DNA of 64,000 nt from assembly GCF_022846255.1 (NCBI RefSeq), contig NZ_AP025682.1. The stretch is one strand, 5' to 3'. The DNA comes from Escherichia coli (lineage in GTDB: Bacteria; Pseudomonadota; Gammaproteobacteria; Enterobacterales; Enterobacteriaceae). The notes beneath the pieces were generated by a model that saw only the letters and a program-made list of their open reading frames with translations, made no database searches and was not told the DNA's origin. Both the position numbers and the translations under genes were made by a program. This document shows, piece by piece, positions 46,593 to 56,364 of the stretch (position 1 is its first letter; every line of letters begins with the position of its first letter).

Positions 46593-46760
46593 GGGGTATA
46601 ACCTGAAAATGAGTCCAATAAGAGTAAATCTCCACGGCCCCCACTCTACCAGTTGGTGAGATTTATCCGAAGCTGAAGTTTGTAAATTACTCCCACTGAA
46701 TGCAACATTCACTCTATTTCAGAGAAATACCCACCAAATTTATAAATTAAACAAATGATA

Positions 46761-46792
46761 AACCCATAATTATTTTCTGTAATTATGGGTTT
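46761..46792 (-). terminator. Stem-loop between entF and fepE (minus strand)
   Basis: Perfect 12-bp inverted repeat aacccataatta / taattatgggtt. Confidence 0.5.
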
Positions 46793-46807
46793 ATAGATAA
46801 TATAAAT

Positions 46808-49800
46808 TTACTTATTTAGCGTCGCACGAATAATCGGCCCAATTTTTTCAAACGCCACCGGAGAGATAATATCCACATGCGCACAATCCTGACGATAGAT
46901 ATCCAGCCCAGCAATCCACGGTGCCCAGGCCTGTTCAGGAGTCATACCTTCCTGAAGCGTGCGTTCGGCAACAAATAGCGTCGCTTTACCATCAAACGGT
47001 ACGCTATGAGCTGTCGTCAGCAGGCGCACAGCATCAGCGTAGTTGCCTTCAATGGTGGTAAACAACTCCGTTGAAGTACTTCCCTGCTGTGCCGCCAGGA
47101 AGGCTTCGCGCTCGCGGTTAATCTCCGCCAGCACTTCCGGGTCCAGACCATTGGCTTCTTTTTCCTGCCAGTTTTGCGTTTCTGGCGGCCAGGTATCCAG
47201 CAAGCCAAGAAATGCCACCTGTTCGCCACGGGCACGCAGTCGCGCCGCAATGCCCTGCGCCAGCGTACCGCCCAGCGAATAACCCAGCAGGTAATATGGG
47301 CCGTGCGGTTGTTGTTCAAGTAACGTTGCCAGATGCGCTTCGCAGACTTCATCCAGATTTGCTGACGTCTGCATGGGGCCATGAGGGCGCGGCGACTGAA
47401 TGCCGATAATCGACCATTGTGGATCGAGATAACGCGAGAGCACGCTGAACTGCCAGGCAAAACCGGATGCCGGATGGAAACAAAACAGCGTCGGACCATT
47501 ACCTTCACGCAACGGCAGAATGGTTTCGAATCCCATGCGCTGGGTGCTGTCTTCTTCACCATCAATAATCGTTGCCAGTTTGGCGACAGTTGACGCGACC
47601 ATCACCTGCCCCGGCGTCACCTGACGAGCAAACTGTCGACTTAACTGCGCTGCCAGTTTCATTGCCAGTAGCGAATGACCGCCAAGCGCAAAGAAATCAG
47701 CATCGGCATCCTGCACGTCACAACCCAGCAACGACGAGAATGCCGCGGCGATAATCGTTTCACTGCCCGCTTTCGGCGCACGCCCCGGCGCTTGTGCCTT
47801 CAGTTCAGGCAACGGTAAGGCTTTGCGATCCAGCTTGCCGTTGGCGCTAAGTGGTAACTGTGGAAGTTGCAGCAGAACCACCGGTACCATATGTGGTGGC
47901 AATGTTTCACGAAGCTGCGCCTGTAATGCGCTGGTATCCAACGGCAGACCTGATTGCGACACCAGATAGCCCACCAACTGACGCGCATCACCACCAGTGG
48001 CTGCCGCCTGGTTAATCACACAGGCGTGGGTAACGGCTTGTTCGACATCCGGCAGCGCCTGCATCACGCGATCAATTTCGCCCAGTTCGATACGCTGCCC
48101 GCGAATTTTTAGCTGATCGTCACTGCGCCCGAGGTACTCCACCGCGCCGTTATCCAGCCAGCGGGCCACATCGCCGGTACGGTACATCCGTTCACCTGGG
48201 GCAAAAGGATCGGCAATAAAGCGGCTGGCGGTCAGATCGGGTCGTCCAAGATACCCCTGCGCCAGTTGAATACCGGTGAGATAGAGATCTCCCGCCACAC
48301 CCGGCGGCACCGGATGCATCATCGCATCGAGAATGCGCAGGCCCGTATTCCACACCGGATAACCGATCGGCACACTGCTGCCGCGCACCTCTGCCAGTTC
48401 CTCGCCAAAAGCCGGATACCAACTGACATCTACCGCCGCTTCCGTCGGGCCATATAGATTATGCAACGGCGCGCCGGTTAACTGTTGCCATTCGCGGCAT
48501 AAATCAGCCGGTAAGGCTTCACCACTACAGAAAACCTGTTTCAACGTCGCGCAACTCTGGCGAGCGGTTTGCGGCGTCAGCGATGCAACAAATGCCGCCA
48601 GCATCGACGGCACAAAGTGCGTGGTCGTTACGCCATAATCAGCAAAAAAATGCTGCATAGCGAGCGGGTCGCGGTGCGCTTCCGGTTCAGCCATCACCAG
48701 TTTCGCCCCGGCAATAAACGGCCAGAAAAACTCCCACACCGAGACATCAAAACTGCACGGCGTTTTTTGGGCAACGACATCTTCGCCTGTAAGCGGGTAA
48801 TGGTTTTGCATCCAAAGCAGGCGATTAACGATAGCCGTCTGCCCGACCATTACCCCTTTTGGTCTGCCGGTGGAACCGGAGGTGAAGATGATATAAGCCG
48901 TGTGGTGCGGTTGTGAAAGCTGCAGCGGCGCACTGCCCTGTGGGGTAAGCGGGGCGTTATAGCAAAGGCTGGTTAAATTAGGGATATCGCTAAAGCGCGG
49001 CAGTTGATCGTCAGTGGTGATTAACAGCGACGGACGCGCATCTTCCAGCATCATTTTCAGGCGATCGTCCGGATAGCCGGTATCCAACGGTAGCCAGGCC
49101 GCACCAGCTTCAACTATCGCATGTAGCGCCAGGGTCAAAAAGACCGAGCGCGGTAGAGCCACCGCCACGCTGTCGCCCGGTTTAACGCCGCGCTCACGCA
49201 GCAGATTCGCCAGCGCCACCACCTGCTCGCGCATTTCCCGATAGCTGAACTGGTAACGCGCATCTGCCAGCGCCGGAGCATCCGGTGTTTTTGCCGCTTG
49301 TTCTGCCACCAGCGCGCTCAGCGTGGTTTCTGGAATCTCAACCTGAGTGGCGTTGATCTGCGCCAGCTGCGCATACTCGCCTGGCAGCATAATATCGACA
49401 TCGCCGCACAACAGCGACGGATCCGCGGCGAACTGCGCAATCAGCATTTTCAGGCGTTCAGCGTGTTGAATTAACGTTGGCTCATCGTAACGCTGTTTAT
49501 TGGCGAGGATCTCAATACTCAAATCACCGTGTTCATCCGGGAACAGGGCCAGTTCAAGGTCATTAACCGGACCGGTTGCCAGGGTATGGGTTTGCGCCTG
49601 AACACCAGGAATATCCAGTTGGTAATCAAATACCTTGATATTGAGTACCGGACCGAACAGCGGTTCCTCTCCCGCCGCGCGCCCGCTGTCACGGACAATT
49701 TGTTCGGCATCGTAACGTTGATGGCGACGCATTTTTTTCAGTTGAGCCGCCAGTCGGGTTGCCAGTTCTGGTAGCGTTTCTTGCGCCGCAATGTGAATAC

Positions 49801-50689
49801 CCAACGGCAAAACGTTGAGCACGGGTCCGGTAGCCGTCAGCGCCGCCGAGCCCAGTCGACGCATAAAGATAAATCCGGCAGCGTAGTCCATGCGGTTGCA
49901 CAATCGCCCCAGCCACAAGGCTGCCAACGCAAGTGCTAAATCGGTACGCTGCACACCTGAAAGTTGCGTAGCCAGCTGGCGGAATTCCCCGTTGGTAAAT
50001 TCCAGTTTCAGGCGCAAAATATCTGCCGAAGCGCTGCGCCCCGGTAAAGGTGCCGGAGAAAGTGACGCGGGCGGTGGTAGTTGACGACGCTGTTCCGCCC
50101 AGAATGCCGCATCACGCTGCCAGGCTTCACTTTCGCGGTACTGCTGATACTCTTCCACTACATCAGCGAAAGGCGTAAACGGCGAAGCAGGCGTTGGTTC
50201 GCCACGCAGCAATGCGCAGTAAATGTTGGCGATCTGGCGTGTAATGGCCGGGAAACTGAAGCCATCGACCAGCAAATGGTGATAACGCTGATACCAGTAC
50301 CAGCGGTTATCCGCCACCTGTATCAGTTGATGAAAGACCAGTGGTTTACCACTATCGACGCGCAGATCTTGTTGCAAATCCGCCTGCATTAATGCCCGCG
50401 CAGTACCGTGCGGATCAATGTTGGTTCGCAGGTCGATAATTTCTGGCAGTTCGAACGTCTGCGCATCATCGACCCACTGCCAGACTTCGCCGTTATCTTC
50501 CGTAAAACGCATCCGCAACGTATCTGCTTGCGCTAGTCCGGCAACCACCGCGCGGGCCAGTAGTGGCGCATCAACCTCTCCGGTTAACTCAACGTAATGC
50601 GCCACGCTCCAGGCGGAGGGTAAATCCGACAGTTTTTCTGCCATCCAGATGCCGGGCTGTGCGGCGACCAAAGGTAAATGCTGGCTCAT
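46808..50689 (-). CDS. entF: Enterobactin synthase NRPS component F (C-A-PCP-TE, serine-activating)
   Basis: 1293 aa from MSQHLPLVAAQPGIWMAEKL; NRPS motifs (HHxxxDG, adenylation core, LGGHSL carrier site, thioesterase GxSxG). Confidence 0.95.
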   Translation of the reverse strand: MSQHLPLVAAQPGIWMAEKLSDLPSAWSVAHYVELTGEVDAPLLARAVVAGLAQADTLRMRFTEDNGEVWQWVDDAQTFELPEIIDLRTNIDPHGTARALMQADLQQDLRVDSGKPLVFHQLIQVADNRWYWYQRYHHLLVDGFSFPAITRQIANIYCALLRGEPTPASPFTPFADVVEEYQQYRESEAWQRDAAFWAEQRRQLPPPASLSPAPLPGRSASADILRLKLEFTNGEFRQLATQLSGVQRTDLALALAALWLGRLCNRMDYAAGFIFMRRLGSAALTATGPVLNVLPLGIHIAAQETLPELATRLAAQLKKMRRHQRYDAEQIVRDSGRAAGEEPLFGPVLNIKVFDYQLDIPGVQAQTHTLATGPVNDLELALFPDEHGDLSIEILANKQRYDEPTLIQHAERLKMLIAQFAADPSLLCGDVDIMLPGEYAQLAQINATQVEIPETTLSALVAEQAAKTPDAPALADARYQFSYREMREQVVALANLLRERGVKPGDSVAVALPRSVFLTLALHAIVEAGAAWLPLDTGYPDDRLKMMLEDARPSLLITTDDQLPRFSDIPNLTSLCYNAPLTPQGSAPLQLSQPHHTAYIIFTSGSTGRPKGVMVGQTAIVNRLLWMQNHYPLTGEDVVAQKTPCSFDVSVWEFFWPFIAGAKLVMAEPEAHRDPLAMQHFFADYGVTTTHFVPSMLAAFVASLTPQTARQSCATLKQVFCSGEALPADLCREWQQLTGAPLHNLYGPTEAAVDVSWYPAFGEELAEVRGSSVPIGYPVWNTGLRILDAMMHPVPPGVAGDLYLTGIQLAQGYLGRPDLTASRFIADPFAPGERMYRTGDVARWLDNGAVEYLGRSDDQLKIRGQRIELGEIDRVMQALPDVEQAVTHACVINQAAATGGDARQLVGYLVSQSGLPLDTSALQAQLRETLPPHMVPVVLLQLPQLPLSANGKLDRKALPLPELKAQAPGRAPKAGSETIIAAAFSSLLGCDVQDADADFFALGGHSLLAMKLAAQLSRQFARQVTPGQVMVASTVAKLATIIDGEEDSTQRMGFETILPLREGNGPTLFCFHPASGFAWQFSVLSRYLDPQWSIIGIQSPRPHGPMQTSANLDEVCEAHLATLLEQQPHGPYYLLGYSLGGTLAQGIAARLRARGEQVAFLGLLDTWPPETQNWQEKEANGLDPEVLAEINREREAFLAAQQGSTSTELFTTIEGNYADAVRLLTTAHSVPFDGKATLFVAERTLQEGMTPEQAWAPWIAGLDIYRQDCAHVDIISPVAFEKIGPIIRATLNK

Positions 50690-50904
50690 TGTGCCTCCTG
50701 CAACTGGGTGAAATTCGCCGGTGTCAGAGTACGCCAGTGGGCTTCCAGCCACTGCAGGCAGGACGCCTGTGACTGCGGCTGACACACAACGTCCCAGCCT
50801 GCCGGTAAGGCGCATTGTTGCGGCCACAGACTGAATTGCCCCTGCGCATTGCGCAAAATGTAAAACGCTCCCTGTGGATCATCGAAGGGATTACTGAATG
50901 CCAT
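50686..50904 (-). CDS. ybdZ: MbtH-like protein YbdZ
   Basis: 72 aa from MAFSNPFDDPQGAFYILRNAQGQFSLWP (MbtH signature); stop overlaps entF start. Confidence 0.9.
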   Translation of the reverse strand: MAFSNPFDDPQGAFYILRNAQGQFSLWPQQCALPAGWDVVCQPQSQASCLQWLEAHWRTLTPANFTQLQEAQ

Positions 50905-50906
50905 AT

Positions 50907-52109
50907 TCAACTCCTGTCATGGAAAAGTGGTTGCCAGAGGTCGATTAGCCCCTGCATCAAGCCACCGCGCCAACAAAGCGCATCATGTCCGCCGTCAACC
51001 TGACGCCAGAAAATGGATTCTTTTAGGGGGTGTAATTGCGCATACAGCGCCTGATTGGCCTGCATGATCATCGGCTCGCGAACACCCGCTTCCAGCACAA
51101 TGCGCAGACCTTCGGCGCTAACTTCACCAGTTTTTAGCTGTTCAAGTAACACGCCCTCTTGGTGCCCGCCCCGATGCGGCCACCAGTACGAACCTGACTG
51201 GCTTAATACACAGCCAAAGCGTTCAGGCCAGTGCAGTCCGGCATACAGCGCGGAAAGCCCACCAAAACTCTGTCCGGCAACCACGGTGCGATCGGCGCGA
51301 TCGCTAAAAGGGGCAATAGTTTTCACCAGGGGTAATAACTCTTGCTGTACTGCCAGCCAGAAATCCGCATTACACGGCAGTTCGTGGGCGCGGTGCGCGG
51401 TGTCGATAGCGTCGATCAACACATACACGGCGGGCGGAAGTTGCCGACGATGGGTCAGCGAAGTCAGCGCAGGCCAGACGGGCATACTCTGCGCCCAAAA
51501 TTCGCCATCAAGCAAAACTGCCAGCGGGCGTTCTTCTGCTGTTGCATCGCCGGTGGTAAAAATCCATACACGGCGTGAATTTTTCAACCGTTCACTTTTC
51601 CAGATAATTTCTTTGGCAGGCGTTTCTGGCGCTTGCGGACAATCCCATCCCGGTTGCAGAGACGCTTGCGGCATTTCGAGTGCAGAAACAGCGTGCCCGC
51701 GCCCGCCTTTCCAGCTTTGTGGATTCAGCGGATCGGCTATCGCCTGGGGTAATAGTTTTCGCCAGCCTTCGCGTAATTCGAGGCGATCGGGGGATGGTGC
51801 AGAAAAAATGTCATCGCGTTCAGTAGGAATAAAGCAGTAGCTGCCGCGCCAGTTGGCATTGAGTTGTGTCGTCCACTGCCAAACATCGGTTCCTGCAATT
51901 CGCTGCATCGACCGGGGCTGGCTGTTCTGATGGTGATCGGTCACGCCAGTGATATAGACCCATACGCGCTTTATCGTCGAGTATTCTTCAGAACCCTGGG
52001 GATCACGCCACCAGAAAGTGACCTCAAACATTTCGTCATTCAGACGTTGCCATTCCGGGCCATGTTTCGACTGCCACCAGCTCTCACTTCCTACTTTTAA
52101 CGCCGTCAC
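50907..52109 (-). CDS. fes: Ferric enterobactin esterase Fes
   Basis: 400 aa ORF from the most upstream in-frame start; esterase fold; upstream of ybdZ-entF. Confidence 0.88.
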   Translation of the reverse strand: MTALKVGSESWWQSKHGPEWQRLNDEMFEVTFWWRDPQGSEEYSTIKRVWVYITGVTDHHQNSQPRSMQRIAGTDVWQWTTQLNANWRGSYCFIPTERDDIFSAPSPDRLELREGWRKLLPQAIADPLNPQSWKGGRGHAVSALEMPQASLQPGWDCPQAPETPAKEIIWKSERLKNSRRVWIFTTGDATAEERPLAVLLDGEFWAQSMPVWPALTSLTHRRQLPPAVYVLIDAIDTAHRAHELPCNADFWLAVQQELLPLVKTIAPFSDRADRTVVAGQSFGGLSALYAGLHWPERFGCVLSQSGSYWWPHRGGHQEGVLLEQLKTGEVSAEGLRIVLEAGVREPMIMQANQALYAQLHPLKESIFWRQVDGGHDALCWRGGLMQGLIDLWQPLFHDRS

Positions 52110-52134
52110 ACCATAACCCCATGTTTACTGTGCA

Positions 52135-52185
52135 ATTTTTTATTGATTGCAGAAATATATTGATAATATTATTGATAACTATTTG
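52135..52185. promoter_or_regulatory. Overlapping Fur boxes in the divergent fes / fepA promoter region
   Basis: tattgattgcagaaatatattgataatattattgataactatt contains tandem GATAAT-type repeats. Confidence 0.8.
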
Positions 52186-52351
52186 CATTTGCAATAGCGT
52201 AATGGCGCGCCGTGGGAAGCGCGGACATTAATTAATCAGCTGCACTGCGTGTCTTTCAGGATCAAAGGTTTTCGCGGTAGCGGGATGCGTCGTGTTGATG
52301 ACGACCATGCCCGACAGTTGCAATTCGTGGCAAAAATGCAGGAATAAAACA

Positions 52352-54592
52352 ATGAACAAGAAGATTCATTCCCTGGCCTTGTTGGTCAATCTGGGGATTT
52401 ATGGGGTAGCACAGGCACAAGAGCCGACCGATACTCCTGTTTCACATGACGATACTATTGTTGTTACCGCCGCCGAGCAGAACTTGCAGGCGCCCGGCGT
52501 TTCGACCATCACCGCAGATGAAATCCGCAAAAACCCGGTTGCCCGCGATGTATCGGAGATTATCCGTACCATGCCTGGCGTTAACCTGACCGGTAACTCC
52601 ACCAGTGGTCAGCGTGGTAATAACCGACAGATTGATATTCGCGGCATGGGTCCGGAAAACACGCTGATTTTGATTGACGGCAAGCCGGTCAGCAGCCGTA
52701 ACTCTGTGCGTCAGGGCTGGCGTGGCGAGCGCGATACCCGTGGTGATACCTCCTGGGTGCCGCCTGAAATGATTGAACGTATTGAAGTTCTACGTGGTCC
52801 GGCAGCTGCGCGTTATGGCAACGGCGCGGCGGGCGGCGTGGTTAACATCATTACCAAAAAAGGCAGCGGTGAGTGGCACGGCTCCTGGGATGCTTATTTC
52901 AATGCGCCAGAACATAAAGAGGAAGGTGCCACCAAACGCACCAACTTCAGCCTGACCGGTCCGCTGGGCGACGAATTCAGCTTCCGCTTGTATGGCAACC
53001 TCGACAAAACCCAGGCTGACGCGTGGGATATCAACCAGGGCCATCAGTCCGCGCGTGCCGGAACGTATGCCACGACGTTACCAGCCGGGCGCGAAGGGGT
53101 GATCAACAAAGATATTAATGGCGTGGTGCGCTGGGACTTCGCGCCTCTGCAGTCACTCGAACTGGAAGCGGGCTACAGCCGCCAGGGTAACCTGTATGCG
53201 GGTGATACGCAGAACACCAACTCTGACGCTTACACTCGATCGAAATATGGCGATGAAACCAACCGCCTGTATCGCCAGAACTACTCGCTGACCTGGAACG
53301 GTGGCTGGGATAACGGCGTGACCACCAGCAACTGGGTGCAGTACGAACACACCCGTAACTCGCGTATTCCGGAAGGTCTGGCGGGCGGTACCGAAGGGAA
53401 ATTTAACGAAAAAGCGACGCAGGATTTTGTAGATATCGATCTTGATGACGTGATGCTGCACAGCGAAGTTAACCTGCCGATTGATTTCCTCGTAAACCAA
53501 ACGCTGACGCTGGGTACAGAGTGGAATCAGCAACGGATGAAGGACTTAAGTTCCAACACCCAGGCGCTGACCGGAACGAATACCGGCGGTGCTATTGATG
53601 GTGTGAGTGCCACCGACCGTAGCCCGTATTCAAAAGCAGAAATTTTCTCGCTATTTGCCGAAAACAATATGGAGCTGACTGACAGCACCATCGTAACGCC
53701 GGGGCTGCGTTTCGATCATCACAGTATTGTCGGCAATAACTGGAGTCCGGCTCTAAACATATCGCAAGGTTTAGGCGATGACTTCACGCTGAAAATGGGC
53801 ATTGCCCGTGCTTATAAAGCGCCGAGTCTGTACCAGACTAACCCAAACTACATTCTCTACAGTAAAGGTCAGGGCTGCTATGCCAGCGCGGGCGGCTGCT
53901 ATCTGCAAGGTAATGATGACCTGAAAGCGGAAACCAGCATCAACAAGGAGATTGGTCTGGAGTTCAAACGCGACGGCTGGCTGGCGGGCGTGACCTGGTT
54001 CCGTAACGATTATCGCAATAAGATTGAAGCGGGCTATGTGGCTGTAGGGCAAAACGCAGTCGGCACCGATCTCTATCAGTGGGATAACGTACCGAAAGCG
54101 GTGGTTGAAGGTCTGGAAGGATCGTTAAACGTACCGGTTAGCGAAACGGTGATGTGGACCAATAACATCACTTATATGCTGAAGAGTGAAAACAAAACCA
54201 CGGGCGACCGTTTGTCGATCATCCCGGAATATACGTTGAACTCAACGCTGAGCTGGCAGGCACGGGAAGATTTGTCGATGCAAACGACCTTCACCTGGTA
54301 CGGCAAGCAGCAGCCGAAGAAGTACAACTACAAAGGTCAGCCAGCGGTTGGACCGGAAACCAAAGAAATCAGTCCGTACAGCATTGTTGGCCTGAGCGCG
54401 ACCTGGGATGTGACCAAGAATGTCAGTCTGACCGGCGGCGTGGACAACCTGTTCGACAAACGTTTGTGGCGTGCGGGTAATGCCCAGACCACGGGCGATC
54501 TGGCAGGAGCCAACTATATCGCAGGTGCCGGGGCGTATACCTATAACGAGCCGGGACGTACGTGGTATATGAGCATTAATACTCACTTCTGA
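52352..54592 (+). CDS. fepA: TonB-dependent ferric enterobactin outer membrane receptor FepA
   Basis: 746 aa from MNKKIHSLALLVNLGIYGVAQA; TonB box DTIVVTA; C-terminal aromatic residue. Confidence 0.95.
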   Translation: MNKKIHSLALLVNLGIYGVAQAQEPTDTPVSHDDTIVVTAAEQNLQAPGVSTITADEIRKNPVARDVSEIIRTMPGVNLTGNSTSGQRGNNRQIDIRGMGPENTLILIDGKPVSSRNSVRQGWRGERDTRGDTSWVPPEMIERIEVLRGPAAARYGNGAAGGVVNIITKKGSGEWHGSWDAYFNAPEHKEEGATKRTNFSLTGPLGDEFSFRLYGNLDKTQADAWDINQGHQSARAGTYATTLPAGREGVINKDINGVVRWDFAPLQSLELEAGYSRQGNLYAGDTQNTNSDAYTRSKYGDETNRLYRQNYSLTWNGGWDNGVTTSNWVQYEHTRNSRIPEGLAGGTEGKFNEKATQDFVDIDLDDVMLHSEVNLPIDFLVNQTLTLGTEWNQQRMKDLSSNTQALTGTNTGGAIDGVSATDRSPYSKAEIFSLFAENNMELTDSTIVTPGLRFDHHSIVGNNWSPALNISQGLGDDFTLKMGIARAYKAPSLYQTNPNYILYSKGQGCYASAGGCYLQGNDDLKAETSINKEIGLEFKRDGWLAGVTWFRNDYRNKIEAGYVAVGQNAVGTDLYQWDNVPKAVVEGLEGSLNVPVSETVMWTNNITYMLKSENKTTGDRLSIIPEYTLNSTLSWQAREDLSMQTTFTWYGKQQPKKYNYKGQPAVGPETKEISPYSIVGLSATWDVTKNVSLTGGVDNLFDKRLWRAGNAQTTGDLAGANYIAGAGAYTYNEPGRTWYMSINTHF

Positions 54593-54631
54593 AGCTAACG
54601 TCAGATTGTTGACAAAGTGCGCGTAGTTCAT

Positions 54632-54666
54632 GCCGGATGCGGCGTGAACGCCTTATCCGGCCTACA
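54632..54666. repeat. REP element (first arm of a BIME) between fepA and entD
   Basis: gccggatgcggcgtgaacgccttatccggcctaca. Confidence 0.85.
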
Positions 54667-54701
54667 AAAAATCTTGCCAATTCAATATATTGCAGGACCA
54701 C

Positions 54702-54731
54702 GTAGGCCTGATAAGCGTAGCGCATCAGGCA
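54702..54731. repeat. Inverted REP element (second arm of the BIME)
   Basis: gtaggcctgataagcgtagcgcatcaggca, a REP in opposite orientation to 54632-54666. Confidence 0.8.
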
Positions 54732-54767
54732 GTTTTGCGTTTGTCATCATTCTCTAATATGGTTGAC

Positions 54768-55427
54768 ATGAAAACTACGCATACCTCCCTCCCCTTTGCA
54801 GGACATACGCTGCATTTTGTTGAGTTTGATCCGGCGAGTTTTCGCGAGCAGGATTTACTCTGGCTGCCGCACTACGCACAACTTCAACACGCTGGACGTA
54901 AACGTAAAACAGAGCATTTAGCCGGGCGGATCGCTGCAGTTTATGCGCTGCGGGAATATGGCTATAAATGTGTGCCCGCAATCGGCGAGCTACGCCAACC
55001 TGTGTGGCCTGCGGAGGTATACGGCAGCATTAGTCACTGTGGGACTACGGCATTAGCCGTGGTTTCCCGTCAACCGATTGGCATTGATATTGAAGAGATT
55101 TTCTCTGCACAAACCGCAAGAGAATTGACAGACAACATTATTACACCAGCAGAACACGAGCGACTCGCAGAATGCGGTTTAACCTTTTCTCTGGCGCTGA
55201 CACTGGCATTTTCCGCCAAAGAGAGCGCATTTAAGGCAAGTGAAATCCAAACTGATGCAGGTTTTCTGGACTATCAAATTGGAAATTGTCAGCATCAACA
55301 GATGAATATAAGCGGGCCGAATGGCGACCATATCGTGCAGTGGTTAGTAAGGGGTAATAATGTTATTACCTTGTGCCTGGTAGATAAACACCCGCACACT
55401 GCAGCATGCGGGTTATCTGGCGGGTAA
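54768..55427 (+). CDS. entD: Phosphopantetheinyl transferase EntD
   Basis: 219 aa from MKTTHTSLPFAGHTL (ORF open from 54690; MVDMKTT alternative start); PPTase motifs (GIDIEE; ESAFKA). Confidence 0.88.
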   Translation: MKTTHTSLPFAGHTLHFVEFDPASFREQDLLWLPHYAQLQHAGRKRKTEHLAGRIAAVYALREYGYKCVPAIGELRQPVWPAEVYGSISHCGTTALAVVSRQPIGIDIEEIFSAQTARELTDNIITPAEHERLAECGLTFSLALTLAFSAKESAFKASEIQTDAGFLDYQIGNCQHQQMNISGPNGDHIVQWLVRGNNVITLCLVDKHPHTAACGLSGG

Positions 55428-55428
55428 T

Positions 55429-56364
55429 TCAAAGCATTTCCCGTGCCTGAGCTGCAATTCCGGCAGCATCAAATCCATGATGCTGACGCAACCACCCACG
55501 ATCCGCCGCTGCGGCATATTCTCCATCCATAATGCCTGCGCGTTTTAATTTGATCCCCGTTCCGGCCTCTGCCAACACTTCCGCGACCAGGCTACCAAGG
55601 CCGCCATTGACGTTATGCTCTTCAACCGTCATCACTGCTTTGCATCCTTTTAACGCTGCCAGCAATGCTTTGGTGTCGCATGGGCGAATCGACGGTACGC
55701 TGACAACTGTAGCCGCGATACCAGACTGCGCTAAAAGTTCTGCGGCATCGACCACTTCATGAACGGTAGAGCCTGTGGCTACCAGCGCCAGTTCGCTGCC
55801 CTCGCGCAAAGTCACCACGGCACCTGGTACAAATCGGTAGTCCTCATCGTGGATTTCCGGCAGGGCTTTACCGTCCATACGGATATAAACAGGCCCCTGA
55901 TAGCGAAGAGCATAATCAATCACCTGACGGCACTCCCGAGGTGAAGACGGGGCAAAGATTTGAATATTGCCGAAACCACGCATAACCGCAATGTCATCAA
56001 TCGCATGATGCGTGCTCGCCAGCGGTCCATAACTCGCCCCGGCATTCAGACCAAACAATTTTACGTTGGTAAAGTTGTAGCAGACATCAACCTTGATTTG
56101 CTCGTTAGCGCGAGCGATAAGAAATGGCGCGGCATTGCAGGTAACAGCCACCTTGCCGCCCAGCGCCAGCCCGGCAGCGGCACCAACCATGCTCTGTTCG
56201 GCAATACCCACATTCACCAGTCGGTCAGGAAATTGCTTAATAAAGGGAGCAATTTTTGCCGTAGACGTTGAATCAGCCACTACAGGCACCAAATCGATCC
56301 CCTCATTTACGGCATCGATAAATGCCTGAACCATCACATTTGCCAGATGTTCACTGTTACGCAT
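55429..56364 (-). CDS. Transketolase C-terminal subunit (pyrimidine-binding and C-terminal domains) of a split transketolase
   Basis: 311 aa with transketolase Pyr/C-domain character; start overlaps the upstream N-subunit gene by 8 nt. Confidence 0.8.
   Translation of the reverse strand: MRNSEHLANVMVQAFIDAVNEGIDLVPVVADSTSTAKIAPFIKQFPDRLVNVGIAEQSMVGAAAGLALGGKVAVTCNAAPFLIARANEQIKVDVCYNFTNVKLFGLNAGASYGPLASTHHAIDDIAVMRGFGNIQIFAPSSPRECRQVIDYALRYQGPVYIRMDGKALPEIHDEDYRFVPGAVVTLREGSELALVATGSTVHEVVDAAELLAQSGIAATVVSVPSIRPCDTKALLAALKGCKAVMTVEEHNVNGGLGSLVAEVLAEAGTGIKLKRAGIMDGEYAAAADRGWLRQHHGFDAAGIAAQAREML

Noticed and set aside
47017-47565. 182-aa minus-strand ORF and several other 60-120 aa ORFs within entF, fes, fepA and ahpF
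   Set aside because: Alternative-frame or antisense ORFs inside long, clearly coding genes; no independent support.
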